IMG/VR virus record: IMGVR_UViG_3300036781_000204
Span: 1 to 55,361 of that record
DNA: 55,361 nucleotides
Reading direction: 5' to 3' (one strand)
From: a virus
Lineage: Duplodnaviria > Caudoviricetes
Shown: positions 1 through 8,951 of the stretch, one piece after another
Numbering within the stretch: the stretch's first letter is position 1
Layout: each line of letters opens with the position of its first letter
Made by a program: the position numbers and the translations under genes
The notes under the pieces: model-generated
Told to the model about the DNA's origin: nothing
Seen by the model: only the letters and a program-made list of their open reading frames with translations
Databases searched by the model: none

Positions 1-211
1 TATTTGAGGGAACTGTGTCAAGAGTCGATAACGATAACGTAGGTAGGAAATCTTTGCCTGGTTTTGGGAGTTGTGGGAGTTGTGGGGGGGGGGGCGCGAT
101 CAAATCGTGTCACACATCTCCACTCCGGAAGATTCACCCGGAAGCGCCCACAAGTTGTCCCCGACTCGGACATTTGCCGAACGTGATACCTGGAGTCCTT
201 CATGACATCGC
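1..211. repeat. Terminal direct repeat, left copy (or circular-assembly overlap)
   Basis: 1-211 matches 55152-55361 except the G run after TTGTG (11 G here, 10 G in the right copy). Confidence 0.95.
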
Positions 212-350
212 GGAATTTTTTGATATCTCGGCGTGGATGGCAAAGGAGACTTGAAATCGACCCAGACCCCTCTGAGTATTTCCATATCCATTTCCATGTC
301 TACACGAATATGGATGGGTTACCAATTGACATACACAGTGTATTATTTGT

Positions 351-379
351 TTGACAGGGTGTTTGGGGTATGAGAAAAA
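351..379 (+). promoter_or_regulatory. Putative sigma70-like leaderless promoter
   Basis: TTGACA-N17-GAAAAA-N6-ATG(386); weak -10 match. Confidence 0.4.
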
Positions 380-385
380 GGGAGT

Positions 386-748
386 ATGAGACCCCAGAAA
401 AATGGCTGGATTGGAGTCGATCTGGATGGAACCCTCGCCCACTACGACGGGTGGCAGGGGGAGCACCACATCGGAGAGCCGATCAAACCGATGGTCAAAC
501 GAGTGAAGGACTGGCTCGCCGCGGGTTATGAAGTCCGAATCTTCACCGCCCGAGTCGGCACCACCAAGGACGACCGGGACATCTCAAAAGTCCGGGCCAC
601 TATCGAATCCTGGTGCTTCCAACACATCGGAGTTGCCCTTCCCATCACCAACCTGAAAGACTTCGGGATGATCGAACTGTGGGACGACCGCGCAGTTCAG
701 GTCGAGAAAAACACCGGCCGAAGAATCGGAAGAACCCCCACCTCCTGA
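386..748 (+). CDS. HAD-superfamily phosphatase (polynucleotide kinase/phosphatase-like)
   Basis: Motif I GVDLDGTL, IFTAR and WDDR motifs. Confidence 0.8.
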   Translation: MRPQKNGWIGVDLDGTLAHYDGWQGEHHIGEPIKPMVKRVKDWLAAGYEVRIFTARVGTTKDDRDISKVRATIESWCFQHIGVALPITNLKDFGMIELWDDRAVQVEKNTGRRIGRTPTS

Positions 749-751
749 GTC

Positions 752-1267
752 ATGAAAAACTCCTTTGCCCCGATCTTCACTTCGATGCTGGATTCCTCCA
801 TCTGGCAGGAGCCCTACACGGTGAGGCTGGTTTGGATTGCCATGCTGCCACTCAAGGAGGCTGACCACGTAGTCCGATATAACGCCTTCCAAATCGCTCG
901 CCGGGCCAACATGACCGAGCAGGAAGTGATCGACGCCCTGAAAGTGCTGGAGTCCCCCGACACGCGCCGGATTGAGCCTCAGCCCTATGAAGGCCGGCGC
1001 ATCCAGCGGGTGCCCGACGGCTGGTTAATCCTCAACGGCCAGAAGTTTGAAGACCTGATGCGGACACTTTCCACCCGCGCCTACAACGCCCGAAAGCAGC
1101 GGGAATACCGCGGCGCCAAGAAGGGGAAGTCAGGTCCGAGCGGGCTCGCCGGTGAAGCTGAACACCTCCGCATGGAAGCGAACGGAGCCACCCAGGAACA
1201 GCTCGACCGGCACGAGGAGGAACACCTCGAACGAATAACCAAAAACTCCATCCCGGAAATCGAATGA
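752..1267 (+). CDS. Replication initiator / replisome-organiser-like protein
   Basis: N-terminal 'IFTSMLDSSIW...VWIAML...IARRAN' resembles phage winged-helix replication proteins; basic RKQREYR tract. Confidence 0.5.
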   Translation: MKNSFAPIFTSMLDSSIWQEPYTVRLVWIAMLPLKEADHVVRYNAFQIARRANMTEQEVIDALKVLESPDTRRIEPQPYEGRRIQRVPDGWLILNGQKFEDLMRTLSTRAYNARKQREYRGAKKGKSGPSGLAGEAEHLRMEANGATQEQLDRHEEEHLERITKNSIPEIE

Positions 1268-1268
1268 A

Positions 1269-1496
1269 ATGGAAGACATTCCCGAACCCAGAGCCCTTGG
1301 CCAGTCGTGGTTTTTATCCGGTGGCCATTTTGAGGATTGCCCCTTCCGGGGAGAATCCAAGGAGGACTCCGAGCTCAGGATCAGTTGGGAGCTCGGCTGG
1401 TTGCGGGAACGATTGAACGAATGGGACCGAAAAGTTGAAATGGCCGGGGGAGTCCTCTGGAAATACTCGGCCGATGGAAAAATTATAAAAGCATGA
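1269..1496 (+). CDS. Hypothetical protein
   Basis: Tightly packed ORF in the rightward run. Confidence 0.5.
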   Translation: MEDIPEPRALGQSWFLSGGHFEDCPFRGESKEDSELRISWELGWLRERLNEWDRKVEMAGGVLWKYSADGKIIKA

Positions 1497-1711
1497 ACCC
1501 ATCCACCCACACTCGCTTTCAAAGAATGAAAACTACAAACCAAACGAATCTTCAGATAAAAAGAATCCAACCCCGACCTTACTCCAGCATTCGACTCACG
1601 CTGAAGTTCCAAAACTGCGTGGCGGCCCTGAGGGGTATGGTGGACGCGATTGAAGAACTTTCCGAGGAACTGATAGCCAACGAGAAGCACGCTCGGAATA
1701 AATCAAAATGA
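1493..1711 (+). CDS. Hypothetical protein
   Basis: ATGA overlaps with both neighbours. Confidence 0.55.
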   Translation: MNPSTHTRFQRMKTTNQTNLQIKRIQPRPYSSIRLTLKFQNCVAALRGMVDAIEELSEELIANEKHARNKSK

Positions 1712-2115
1712 AAACCACACCCGAAAATATCACCCACCTCGCACCTCACCAGATCTTCGTGTTCGGCTCCAACGTCCAGGGCGTCCACGGAAAGGGCGCG
1801 GCCAAAGTCGCGGAGCAATTGTTCGGCGCTGTCCGCGGCGTCGGCGAAGGACTCTCCGGCCAGTCTTACGCCATCCCGACTCGAGAGATTCTGCCACCGA
1901 CCAGGCATCACCGGGGACTCCGCTTCCACACGCTCGAACCGATTGAAATAAAGTGGTCGGTGAACAAGTTCATCATGTTCGCCATCGCCCACCCGGAATT
2001 GGAATTCTTTGTCACGCCCATCGGCTGCGGATACGCCGGCCACAAACCCGAAGACATCAAACCGTTGTTCCACCATCGGGTTGAGAACGTAATCCTTCCT
2101 GAGTGTTTTCAGTGA
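1708..2115 (+). CDS. A1S_2505-like phage protein (macrodomain-related)
   Basis: 'IFVFGSN..G.HGKGAA', 'G.SYAIPT', 'F.VTPIGCGYAG' motifs. Confidence 0.7.
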   Translation: MKTTPENITHLAPHQIFVFGSNVQGVHGKGAAKVAEQLFGAVRGVGEGLSGQSYAIPTREILPPTRHHRGLRFHTLEPIEIKWSVNKFIMFAIAHPELEFFVTPIGCGYAGHKPEDIKPLFHHRVENVILPECFQ

Positions 2116-2392
2116 ACACCATCAGCACGTTCGACTGGCGAATGAACCCGCGCCGGTAGATGTCTCCAGCGTAAACCGGCTCCACGTTGTCGTGATCGAA
2201 CTGGCAGACAATCCGGTCACGCGGTTTGATTCCCACCACCTTCGGACCCACCGCGCAGACCCAGAACTCGTGGTCTCCATCGCCTTCCCATTTCGACACC
2301 GTATTGGGGATGATGACTTTGCCCGATGGATTCCGGTCGGTCTTCGTGGGGGAGACCAGCAGCCGGTCCCCTGTTGGTTTTATTGTGCTCAT
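2057..2392 (-). CDS. GroES-like co-chaperonin
   Basis: 'IKPTGDRLLV...SGKVIIP...V.AVGP.V..IKP.D.IV' Cpn10 pattern. Confidence 0.75.
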   Translation of the reverse strand: MSTIKPTGDRLLVSPTKTDRNPSGKVIIPNTVSKWEGDGDHEFWVCAVGPKVVGIKPRDRIVCQFDHDNVEPVYAGDIYRRGFIRQSNVLMVFTENTQEGLRSQPDGGTTV

Positions 2393-2814
2393 AGGTATTC
2401 CAATGCCATCGCCATCCCGTTCGATCTCAGGGCGTCAATGGCCATCGGAATCAGCCAGTCCAGATTATCCACCGTGTCCCACCCTGACACTCCAACAACG
2501 AAGTGCTTTTCAATGTGCTCGTCAGTCATGGTCTTCGCCATGTCGAACGAGCGCTGGTCTCGTAGGGCGAAGCAGCACACTCGAAACCCTTTTCCATAAA
2601 AGTGGCCGAAGTGCTTCCACGCAGAGCATTCGGTGTCCACCCCGGCCTCCTCTCGGAACTCGCGCGTCATGCCATCACGCATCTGCTCTCCTTCGTTTAG
2701 CTCACCGCCCAGTCCGTTGAGAAGGTCCTTTTGAAACGTCGGCCTGTTCTTGCGAATCAGGACGACGTTTTTAAGGTCTTGATCGAAACAAAATCCCAGC
2801 ACGTAAGTTTTCAT
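2389..2814 (-). CDS. NUDIX hydrolase
   Basis: Nudix box 'GGELNEGEQMRDGMTREFREEAG'. Confidence 0.9.
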   Translation of the reverse strand: MKTYVLGFCFDQDLKNVVLIRKNRPTFQKDLLNGLGGELNEGEQMRDGMTREFREEAGVDTECSAWKHFGHFYGKGFRVCCFALRDQRSFDMAKTMTDEHIEKHFVVGVSGWDTVDNLDWLIPMAIDALRSNGMAMALEYL

Positions 2815-3353
2815 CAGAATCGTTTTCCGTCTGATTGTTGGCGAGCCTCATGAGTGTGGTCGAGTCGTGTCTTGTTGTATTCCAACTTTTCCCACATTGC
2901 TCCGTCCAGATCGTATCCGAACTTGACGCAGTAGGCGTCGATGTAGGAGAGGCACAGACTAATCCACTGTGGGCCTTGGCTTATCATGGTGAGCGCTTGA
3001 ATCAGGTTGAAAAGGGCCTCACCCTTGTTGTCTGGAATCGGACCCGGCAATTCCATCTTCGCCAGCATGACTCCAAATCCGGCAGCGAAGTCGAGCAGCC
3101 TGATCTTCGTGTCAGCCATCTCCACTTCCGCCATCTTGCGAGTAGGCAGCTTGTCGTCCCAGATATTCCTGCGCTCACCCTCGAGGCACTCAGAAACTTC
3201 AGAGATCGTGAGCGCGAGGAGTTCCTTCGCGTTGCGCGCTATCGGTTCTCCGGTTTTGATGTCCACCCACCACTTTTCGTGAATCTCGTGGACAGCGATG
3301 GCGAGTTCGTTCAGGTCAGTTGGTCGTTCAGGTATCATATTTATTTTTCCCAT
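2814..3353 (-). CDS. MazG-like NTP pyrophosphohydrolase
   Basis: 'ISEVSECLEG...EVEMADTKIRLLD...KLEYNKTR' all-alpha NTP-PPase signature. Confidence 0.85.
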   Translation of the reverse strand: MGKINMIPERPTDLNELAIAVHEIHEKWWVDIKTGEPIARNAKELLALTISEVSECLEGERRNIWDDKLPTRKMAEVEMADTKIRLLDFAAGFGVMLAKMELPGPIPDNKGEALFNLIQALTMISQGPQWISLCLSYIDAYCVKFGYDLDGAMWEKLEYNKTRLDHTHEARQQSDGKRF

Positions 3354-3544
3354 TTTATTTCGGAGCCCTTCATCAGGGCCTCCACTGTGGTAACGAAAAT
3401 CGCAGCTTTCATTTTCTCCTTGGCGTGAGTCTCACAGATGCCGCGCCACTTCCCGTTGCCGATGAAGTAGGCGTGTGTGGACTCCGGACGCTTGCCCTGC
3501 CAGTCATCCTTGCAGAGCTCGCACATTTTATTGAGGGGACTCAT
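3341..3544 (-). CDS. Small Zn-binding hypothetical protein
   Basis: CxxC...CxxH; overlaps neighbours in the leftward run. Confidence 0.5.
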   Translation of the reverse strand: MSPLNKMCELCKDDWQGKRPESTHAYFIGNGKWRGICETHAKEKMKAAIFVTTVEALMKGSEIKWEK

Positions 3545-3939
3545 GATACTTTTTCGATGACGATGCTAATCGCTGGTCCGTGTTCCGGGGAGAGCGCGCT
3601 GTCTATCGCGAGCCGACTTAAAATCTTCCAGTCGTCGTCGGGCGGCAATGAGGCAATCAAGGACAGTAGCGCAGCATCCATCTGGGTCGTGGGGGCGTCG
3701 GTCGGCAAAGAGGAAAACAATGCCGATACGATAGCGTCCTCCAGATTTTTCTTTCTTTGGGCGACGGACTTTTGGGTGAGGGTTCGCATCTTCCCGGTGT
3801 CGCGGTCCCTGATCGCTCGCTTCGCATTTTTGAACGACGGGCACACCATCCCTAAAACGTCGATCTGAACGATGGACCCATTCTCCCGGAGAAATTTGGA
3901 CGTAACCTTTTCGCTCGTATGCTTTGATGATCGACTCAT
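3541..3939 (-). CDS. RusA-like Holliday junction resolvase candidate
   Basis: 'PSFKN' N-terminal motif, acidic 'PDDD', terminal beta strand 'ISIVIEK'. Confidence 0.45.
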   Translation of the reverse strand: MSRSSKHTSEKVTSKFLRENGSIVQIDVLGMVCPSFKNAKRAIRDRDTGKMRTLTQKSVAQRKKNLEDAIVSALFSSLPTDAPTTQMDAALLSLIASLPPDDDWKILSRLAIDSALSPEHGPAISIVIEKVS

Positions 3940-4496
3940 TTGATGAACTCATTTAATTGATCTCGAGTGTTGTTCTTTCTCCCAAACTTGGAGTGAAATT
4001 CTATATGGTGTTTTAGACACAGCGTTGCTCCATTGCCAACCAAATATCGAAGATCTTTCCTGGTGGAAAAATTTTCAATGTGGTGTGGGTGAATTTCCCC
4101 TCCGGTGACTCCGCATTTAAGGCAGGTGAATTTATCCCTTTTGAAAACAGACTCTCGCCATATTTTCCACTCGCATCCCTTTCGGGATATTTTGGAATCA
4201 TCCACAAACGTGCGAACCCTTCTCGATTTAGCAATTCTGCTCATAAGCAGTCTCGTTTTAGTGCTGTGAGGATTCCCAGTCTTTCCGGTCTGCTGTTCAG
4301 ACCACCTCTGCCTTCGGCCTTTATCCCAACTGATTCCCTTCTGGGACGAATGAAATTTTGAATTGGGATGCAATCTCATACGGGCTGATGTTTTAATTCT
4401 AAAGGATTCAGAAACGGGGTGCCCCATGAGCGCTAACGAGTGGCGGCGTTTTCGCTCATCACTCCACGGCTTATGTTTGTAAACTCCTCTCGGCAT
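3936..4496 (-). CDS. HNH homing endonuclease with NUMOD3-like repeats
   Basis: 'WRESVFKRDKFTCLKCG...HPHHI...NGATLCLKHH'; N-terminal 'SDERKRRHS'/'HSTKTRLLMS'; start taken at MPRG (4496). Confidence 0.85.
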   Translation of the reverse strand: MPRGVYKHKPWSDERKRRHSLALMGHPVSESFRIKTSARMRLHPNSKFHSSQKGISWDKGRRQRWSEQQTGKTGNPHSTKTRLLMSRIAKSRRVRTFVDDSKISRKGCEWKIWRESVFKRDKFTCLKCGVTGGEIHPHHIENFSTRKDLRYLVGNGATLCLKHHIEFHSKFGRKNNTRDQLNEFIK

Positions 4497-4503
4497 GATT
4501 TTA

Positions 4504-4680
4504 TTATGGGCCGAAAATCCACACGAGAATCTTGTGGAAGTTGTCGATGCTAAGGGTTTCAGTGTCGCCGTTTTCAAACCGGCAGAGAGTGGTGTGGTCA
4601 ATCCCGATCTCGAGCGCCATCTTCCTCAGGGAGATTTTGTTCTCGGCACGGTAGGCTTTGATGAGTTGGCTGAGAATCAT
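4504..4680 (-). CDS. XRE-family HTH transcriptional regulator (58 aa; absent from the ORF track)
   Basis: Manual translation MILSQLIKAYRAENKISLRKMALEIGIDHTTLCRFENGDTETLSIDNFHKILVWIFGP; ATGA overlap with the upstream exonuclease. Confidence 0.85.
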   Translation of the reverse strand: MILSQLIKAYRAENKISLRKMALEIGIDHTTLCRFENGDTETLSIDNFHKILVWIFGP

Positions 4681-5195
4681 TTGTTTTTGATTTTGAAAAC
4701 CGCCTCCGAAAGCAGTCGCGCTGACTGTCGAGCATCAGCGGACGGGTCATGAACTGGGAGCTCACTTTGGGTGCGTTCGTATTTTCCCATCGGGTCCATT
4801 CCAGCAGCAGCCATGTAGCTGGATATTTCATGGAGCGGATAAGGACCGTCCCATTTCCGACTCGGGTCATCAGTGATGCAGCTTCCAAGAAATTTTGCCT
4901 CCACAGGCCACCCGCACTCAACAGCGGCAACCGCGCCCTCAGTTTTGGCCTTGAGCCACAGTTCCCAAAAAGCACTTCTCAACTGCACAGGAGACCTGTG
5001 TGTGACATCCAGCATGGGCACGTTCTCCGCAACCCACTTCCGATCATCGTCAGTGCCGATGCATTCGCTGGACGGGCACGCCATTCGGAATCCCCATTGA
5101 ACCGCCCCATTCTCGAGATATACACCGCCACCAACAGCAAACCCTTCGCCGTGCAGTCCGACCGACTCAACATCGAATACGAAAAAAGATTTCAT
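4677..5195 (-). CDS. DEDDh 3'-5' exonuclease (DnaQ-like)
   Basis: ExoI 'VFDVESVG', ExoIII 'HDPSADA'; start taken at MKSFF (5195). Confidence 0.8.
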   Translation of the reverse strand: MKSFFVFDVESVGLHGEGFAVGGGVYLENGAVQWGFRMACPSSECIGTDDDRKWVAENVPMLDVTHRSPVQLRSAFWELWLKAKTEGAVAAVECGWPVEAKFLGSCITDDPSRKWDGPYPLHEISSYMAAAGMDPMGKYERTQSELPVHDPSADARQSARLLSEAVFKIKNK

Positions 5196-5257
5196 GTGTT
5201 GCGACTGTGCAACAACTCGGGCTTGACTGCAAGCATAAAATCTGAGACAACCATTCC

Positions 5258-5977
5258 ATGTCACGACTCAAGAACCGACAAAAGCAAATCCCAGGCGGTT
5301 TTAAGCTCTACATCCCGCAGACCGGATACAAGTCAGCCCCGTTCGCCTCGTTCGATTCCATCGTTAACTCAGCGGCGGCGAACCTTGCGGCCAACCCAGC
5401 GGCAGCCAAGGCGGGTGGATACCCATCCGACCGAACCGCGCTCGCCGATTACATTGATTCCTACAACGCCGCACTCTGCGAGCGCATGGGATGGAACGAT
5501 TACATCATGCTTCCGTCAGTCTCCGCTCCCTCCCCAAAATTCAAAGCCCTGTCACCCCTCGACCAAAAGCAAATCGGTGCTGTGGCCGGAAAGATTAAGA
5601 AGGTGTGGCAGGGCGTCAAGAGTTTGAATGATTGGATTGAATCAGGAGAACCGGCAGTGGAGCGGAGTCACGCAGAATGCCGCGCTGTAGTTTGCGTAAA
5701 ATGTCCACTTAACGGAAAAGGCGGTTTGGAGGAGTGGTTCACTCGCCCCGCTGCGGAGGTTATTAAAAAGCAGTTCGAGAAATTGGAAAGCAGGAAGCTG
5801 CTCACGTCGGTTGATGACCAATTAGGCACATGCTCTGCGTGCCTTTGCCCTCTTAAGTTATTGGTGCAGACTCCGCTGAAGTATAAATTGTCACACATGG
5901 GAGAAGAAACTCGCAAGGCGCTCGACGCGAACTGCTGGGTGTTGTCCGAAGAAAAAGCGATGACTCCAACGACGTGA
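5258..5977 (+). CDS. Hypothetical Cys-rich protein
   Basis: 239-aa ORF with CxxC, CxxCxC and CW motifs; TTGACT 35 nt upstream. Confidence 0.7.
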   Translation: MSRLKNRQKQIPGGFKLYIPQTGYKSAPFASFDSIVNSAAANLAANPAAAKAGGYPSDRTALADYIDSYNAALCERMGWNDYIMLPSVSAPSPKFKALSPLDQKQIGAVAGKIKKVWQGVKSLNDWIESGEPAVERSHAECRAVVCVKCPLNGKGGLEEWFTRPAAEVIKKQFEKLESRKLLTSVDDQLGTCSACLCPLKLLVQTPLKYKLSHMGEETRKALDANCWVLSEEKAMTPTT

Positions 5978-6618
5978 AAGTCGCGATCATCTATATTTTT
6001 CCAACGACGCTGGCTCGAGTTTATATGCCGATGGCGCGTCGTTTTGTGGAGAGTTACATGACGAACCCGCCCGGTGAAACCGATCATGAAATCCATGTTG
6101 CCATCAACGGCGGCGTGGATATTGGTGACTGGTGTCGGGACCTTTTCAAACCGCTGCCGGTTCGTTTCTTCAAGCACAACAATTACGGCAAGGACATTGG
6201 CGCGTATCAGGTGGCGGCTGACATGATCGAGTGCGATTTGATGATGTGCCTTGGCTCTCCGATTTACTTCCACCGCCCAGGCTGGCTTGATCGCATCGCG
6301 CTCGCCTACATGGAGAATGGCCCCGCAGTTTACGGGCCTTGGGGATTTCACACGCCACTGCCCCACCTAAGGACGACCGCCTTCTGGATTCCGCCCGAGC
6401 TGCTCAACGCATACCCGCACAGGATTTCCGATTCCAACCGATACTCTTTCGAGCATGGAACGGATTCGATCACGCTCTGGAGTAAAAAGATTGGCCTCGA
6501 ACCATTGATGGTCACATGGAGCGGCACTTACCAGATGGAGGCATGGCACCATGTTACGCGCCACGATTCCCTACTCATCGACCAGCACCTCGACCGAAAT
6601 CAGCCAGCACCAAAATGA
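5974..6618 (+). CDS. Glycosyltransferase-like protein (RgpF/rhamnan-synthesis-like)
   Basis: 'HNNYGKDIGAY', 'PHLRTTAFW', 'FEHG..SIT' motifs. Confidence 0.6.
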   Translation: MKVAIIYIFPTTLARVYMPMARRFVESYMTNPPGETDHEIHVAINGGVDIGDWCRDLFKPLPVRFFKHNNYGKDIGAYQVAADMIECDLMMCLGSPIYFHRPGWLDRIALAYMENGPAVYGPWGFHTPLPHLRTTAFWIPPELLNAYPHRISDSNRYSFEHGTDSITLWSKKIGLEPLMVTWSGTYQMEAWHHVTRHDSLLIDQHLDRNQPAPK

Positions 6619-7259
6619 GCCCAATCGCGATTTTCTACCATTGCATCATCAGCGGCCGGGAGCGTCAGATCGACCCGGACTATGCGCTGGCCCTGATCTC
6701 TGCCCAGATGGACGCCCTCAAGCGCAGCGGTCTCGCCAATGCCGCTCAGGAGTTCATCATTGGGGTGAACGGAGGGGATGCTGATTGCTTTGCCGTGGCG
6801 TGCCTGTGCGACTCGAAGCCGAAGATCATCTCTCATGGAAAACACGCGACGACCGAAATCCACACCCTCAACGTCCTTCGCTCCTGGTTGCCTGATCACC
6901 GTGGATGGAACGTGCTTTATCACCACACAAAGGGAGTATCAACCCCCAACCAAGCAGATGGCTGGCGCCGCCGGATGGAGAACGCCTGCGTGTGGGGATG
7001 GAGCGAATGTGTCCGGGGATTGGATGCCGGATTCGACGCCGCGGGCTGTCACTGGCTGACGCCTGAAGTTCACGGAGGCGTGATACCGAGTCCCTTTTTT
7101 GGAGGAACTTTTTGGTGGGCAAAGTCGGATTACCTGCTCACTCTCCCACCGCTCCCGGAAGCGATCTGGGCGAACCGATACGAGGCCGAGACCTGGATTG
7201 GGAAAGGCACCCGCCGGCCAAAGGTCCTCGATTTCAGTCCAGGCTGGCCAACCCCATAA
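6615..7259 (+). CDS. Glycosyltransferase-like protein
   Basis: 'VLYHHTKGVS..WRRRM...FGGTFWWAKSDYL..RYEAETWIG' pattern; start at ATG 6615. Confidence 0.55.
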   Translation: MSPIAIFYHCIISGRERQIDPDYALALISAQMDALKRSGLANAAQEFIIGVNGGDADCFAVACLCDSKPKIISHGKHATTEIHTLNVLRSWLPDHRGWNVLYHHTKGVSTPNQADGWRRRMENACVWGWSECVRGLDAGFDAAGCHWLTPEVHGGVIPSPFFGGTFWWAKSDYLLTLPPLPEAIWANRYEAETWIGKGTRRPKVLDFSPGWPTP

Positions 7260-7278
7260 GCGCAACGGTTGCGTATTT
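7260..7278. promoter_or_regulatory. Palindromic operator-like site, copy 1
   Basis: GCGCAACGGTTGCGTATTT, intergenic. Confidence 0.65.
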
Positions 7279-7389
7279 GAGACCATGCGATAATGGAAAG
7301 AAAATCCAGAATGGGAAACCGATCAGTATGATTTAATTTTCAGAGATGGATTGATTTTAGGGTTCCTGAAAGATAGAAAAAACAACCCA

Positions 7390-8070
7390 ATGCTGCACAT
7401 ACGAAATCCTATGCAAACAGACTCAGAATTCGAGACCTACGGACCTGGTGGGAGACCAACTATGGACGAGATCGCCTGCCGGGAAACCGTGCCAGCGCTC
7501 TGGTCAGACAAACGCTCCCCCAAGGAGGGATTCATCTGTCACGACTACCTGAAGATTTATGAACGGGAATTCGGACGTTGGCGCGATGAACCGATTCGGT
7601 TTATGGAGATCGGCCTCAATAAGGGCGCCTCGATCAAAATCTGGCTGGAGTATTTCCAGCAGGCCACGATCTACGGCGTGGACATCGCCGACTTTTGCAA
7701 CGAGGCGGGGATTCCACAGGAACACCTGAATCGGTTCGTGTTCGAGAAGGGCGACCAGATGGACCCTTACTTCTGGCAGCGTTTCGCCGAGAGGCACACC
7801 GATCAATTCGATGTCATCATTGACGACGGTAGCCATGCCTCCGGCCCGATCATCTTGTCGTTTAATTCGCTCTGGGGGAAAGTGAAGCCCGGTGGTTGCT
7901 ACGTTATCGAGGACTTGACCGAGGCTCAGTTTAATGCCAGCCACACACCGGGATTCCCGACTCAAATCGAATTCGTGGAGACATTCATTCCGTCCGTGAT
8001 CTACGGCCAGAACGACATCGAAGAAATATTCATCAGCAAAGACCTTTGCATCCTGAGGAAGGAGAAATGA
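7390..8070 (+). CDS. Class I SAM-dependent (sugar O-)methyltransferase
   Basis: 'HDYLKIYE', 'MEIGLNKGAS', 'GVDI', 'FDVIIDDGSH', 'VKPGGCYVIED'. Confidence 0.85.
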   Translation: MLHIRNPMQTDSEFETYGPGGRPTMDEIACRETVPALWSDKRSPKEGFICHDYLKIYEREFGRWRDEPIRFMEIGLNKGASIKIWLEYFQQATIYGVDIADFCNEAGIPQEHLNRFVFEKGDQMDPYFWQRFAERHTDQFDVIIDDGSHASGPIILSFNSLWGKVKPGGCYVIEDLTEAQFNASHTPGFPTQIEFVETFIPSVIYGQNDIEEIFISKDLCILRKEK

Positions 8071-8267
8071 ACCAACCCACCGGAGTTGAGGCCATCGTCT
8101 GTCAGGACATCGCAGCGCGGCAGCAGATAGGCATCAAGAAATACGGCATGACCGTTGCTGAAAATCCAGCGGACATGCGGGAGAAATTGAACCACGCCTA
8201 CGAGGAGTGTTTAGATCAAGCCATCTACCTCAAATGGGCAATCATGCAACTGGACGCAAACCCATGA
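8067..8267 (+). CDS. Small all-alpha NTP-PPase-like protein
   Basis: 'RQQIGIKKYG...HAYEECLDQAIYL' motif common in phages. Confidence 0.6.
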   Translation: MNQPTGVEAIVCQDIAARQQIGIKKYGMTVAENPADMREKLNHAYEECLDQAIYLKWAIMQLDANP

Positions 8268-8941
8268 CCATAGAACTAATCACTTGTTTTTATCGGGAGG
8301 AATTTTTACTCCCACTTTTTAGGAATCATTATTCTTGGGTTGACGTGTTCAACGTCATCACCGATCAGCGGCCGGATGGCACCTTCGACGACGAAGACAA
8401 AATGAACTGGATTAACGACGCCATCAGGAAATCGCCCGCCGACTGGGTGGTCCTGGTGGATATGGACGAGTTCGTTTATCCAGCTCCGTGGGGAGCCAAT
8501 CCTCGCGTCGTTCTCGAGCAGGAGACCGGAGACATGATCTTCTCGCACATGACCCGGATGTGGCGTCACCACACCGACAAGGACATTGACCGTAACGCCC
8601 CACCAGTGCCGCAGCGGTTACACGGCCAGAGAGATCACATCAAGCCTTGCGTGTTCCGTCCGGCCGGGATAACCGTGGGCGCAGGAAATCACGATTACCA
8701 ATGCACCCACCCTATTGAAATTGGAAAACCTTGGTCCGGCGCTCACTGGGCGAACGCCGATCAAGCCTTCTGGATTGAACGTGAGACTCGAGACCGGGGA
8801 CCACGGTTGAGTCAGCGGAACATCTCTCGCGGCCACGGCACTCACACACGTCGATCAGCCGATCAAATTCTCGCTGAGTGCAAGGCTCACGAGAACGACC
8901 CGGTCATTATCGAGATTGACCGATACGCCAAAGGCGCGTAA
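8264..8941 (+). CDS. Glycosyltransferase family 2-like (GT-A)
   Basis: 'YREEFLLPLFRNHY', 'ADWVVLVDMDEF' (DxD motif), 'GAGNH'. Confidence 0.8.
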   Translation: MTIELITCFYREEFLLPLFRNHYSWVDVFNVITDQRPDGTFDDEDKMNWINDAIRKSPADWVVLVDMDEFVYPAPWGANPRVVLEQETGDMIFSHMTRMWRHHTDKDIDRNAPPVPQRLHGQRDHIKPCVFRPAGITVGAGNHDYQCTHPIEIGKPWSGAHWANADQAFWIERETRDRGPRLSQRNISRGHGTHTRRSADQILAECKAHENDPVIIEIDRYAKGA

Positions 8942-8944
8942 GAC
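8916..8944 (+). promoter_or_regulatory. Putative leaderless promoter of the portal gene
   Basis: TTGACC-N17-TAAGAC-N7-ATG(8952). Confidence 0.55.
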
Positions 8945-8951
8945 AGGCACT

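Noticed and set aside
4749-5627. 292-aa plus-strand ORF
   Set aside because: Overlaps the exonuclease (antisense) and the 5258 gene (other frame); S/R/P-rich shadow composition.
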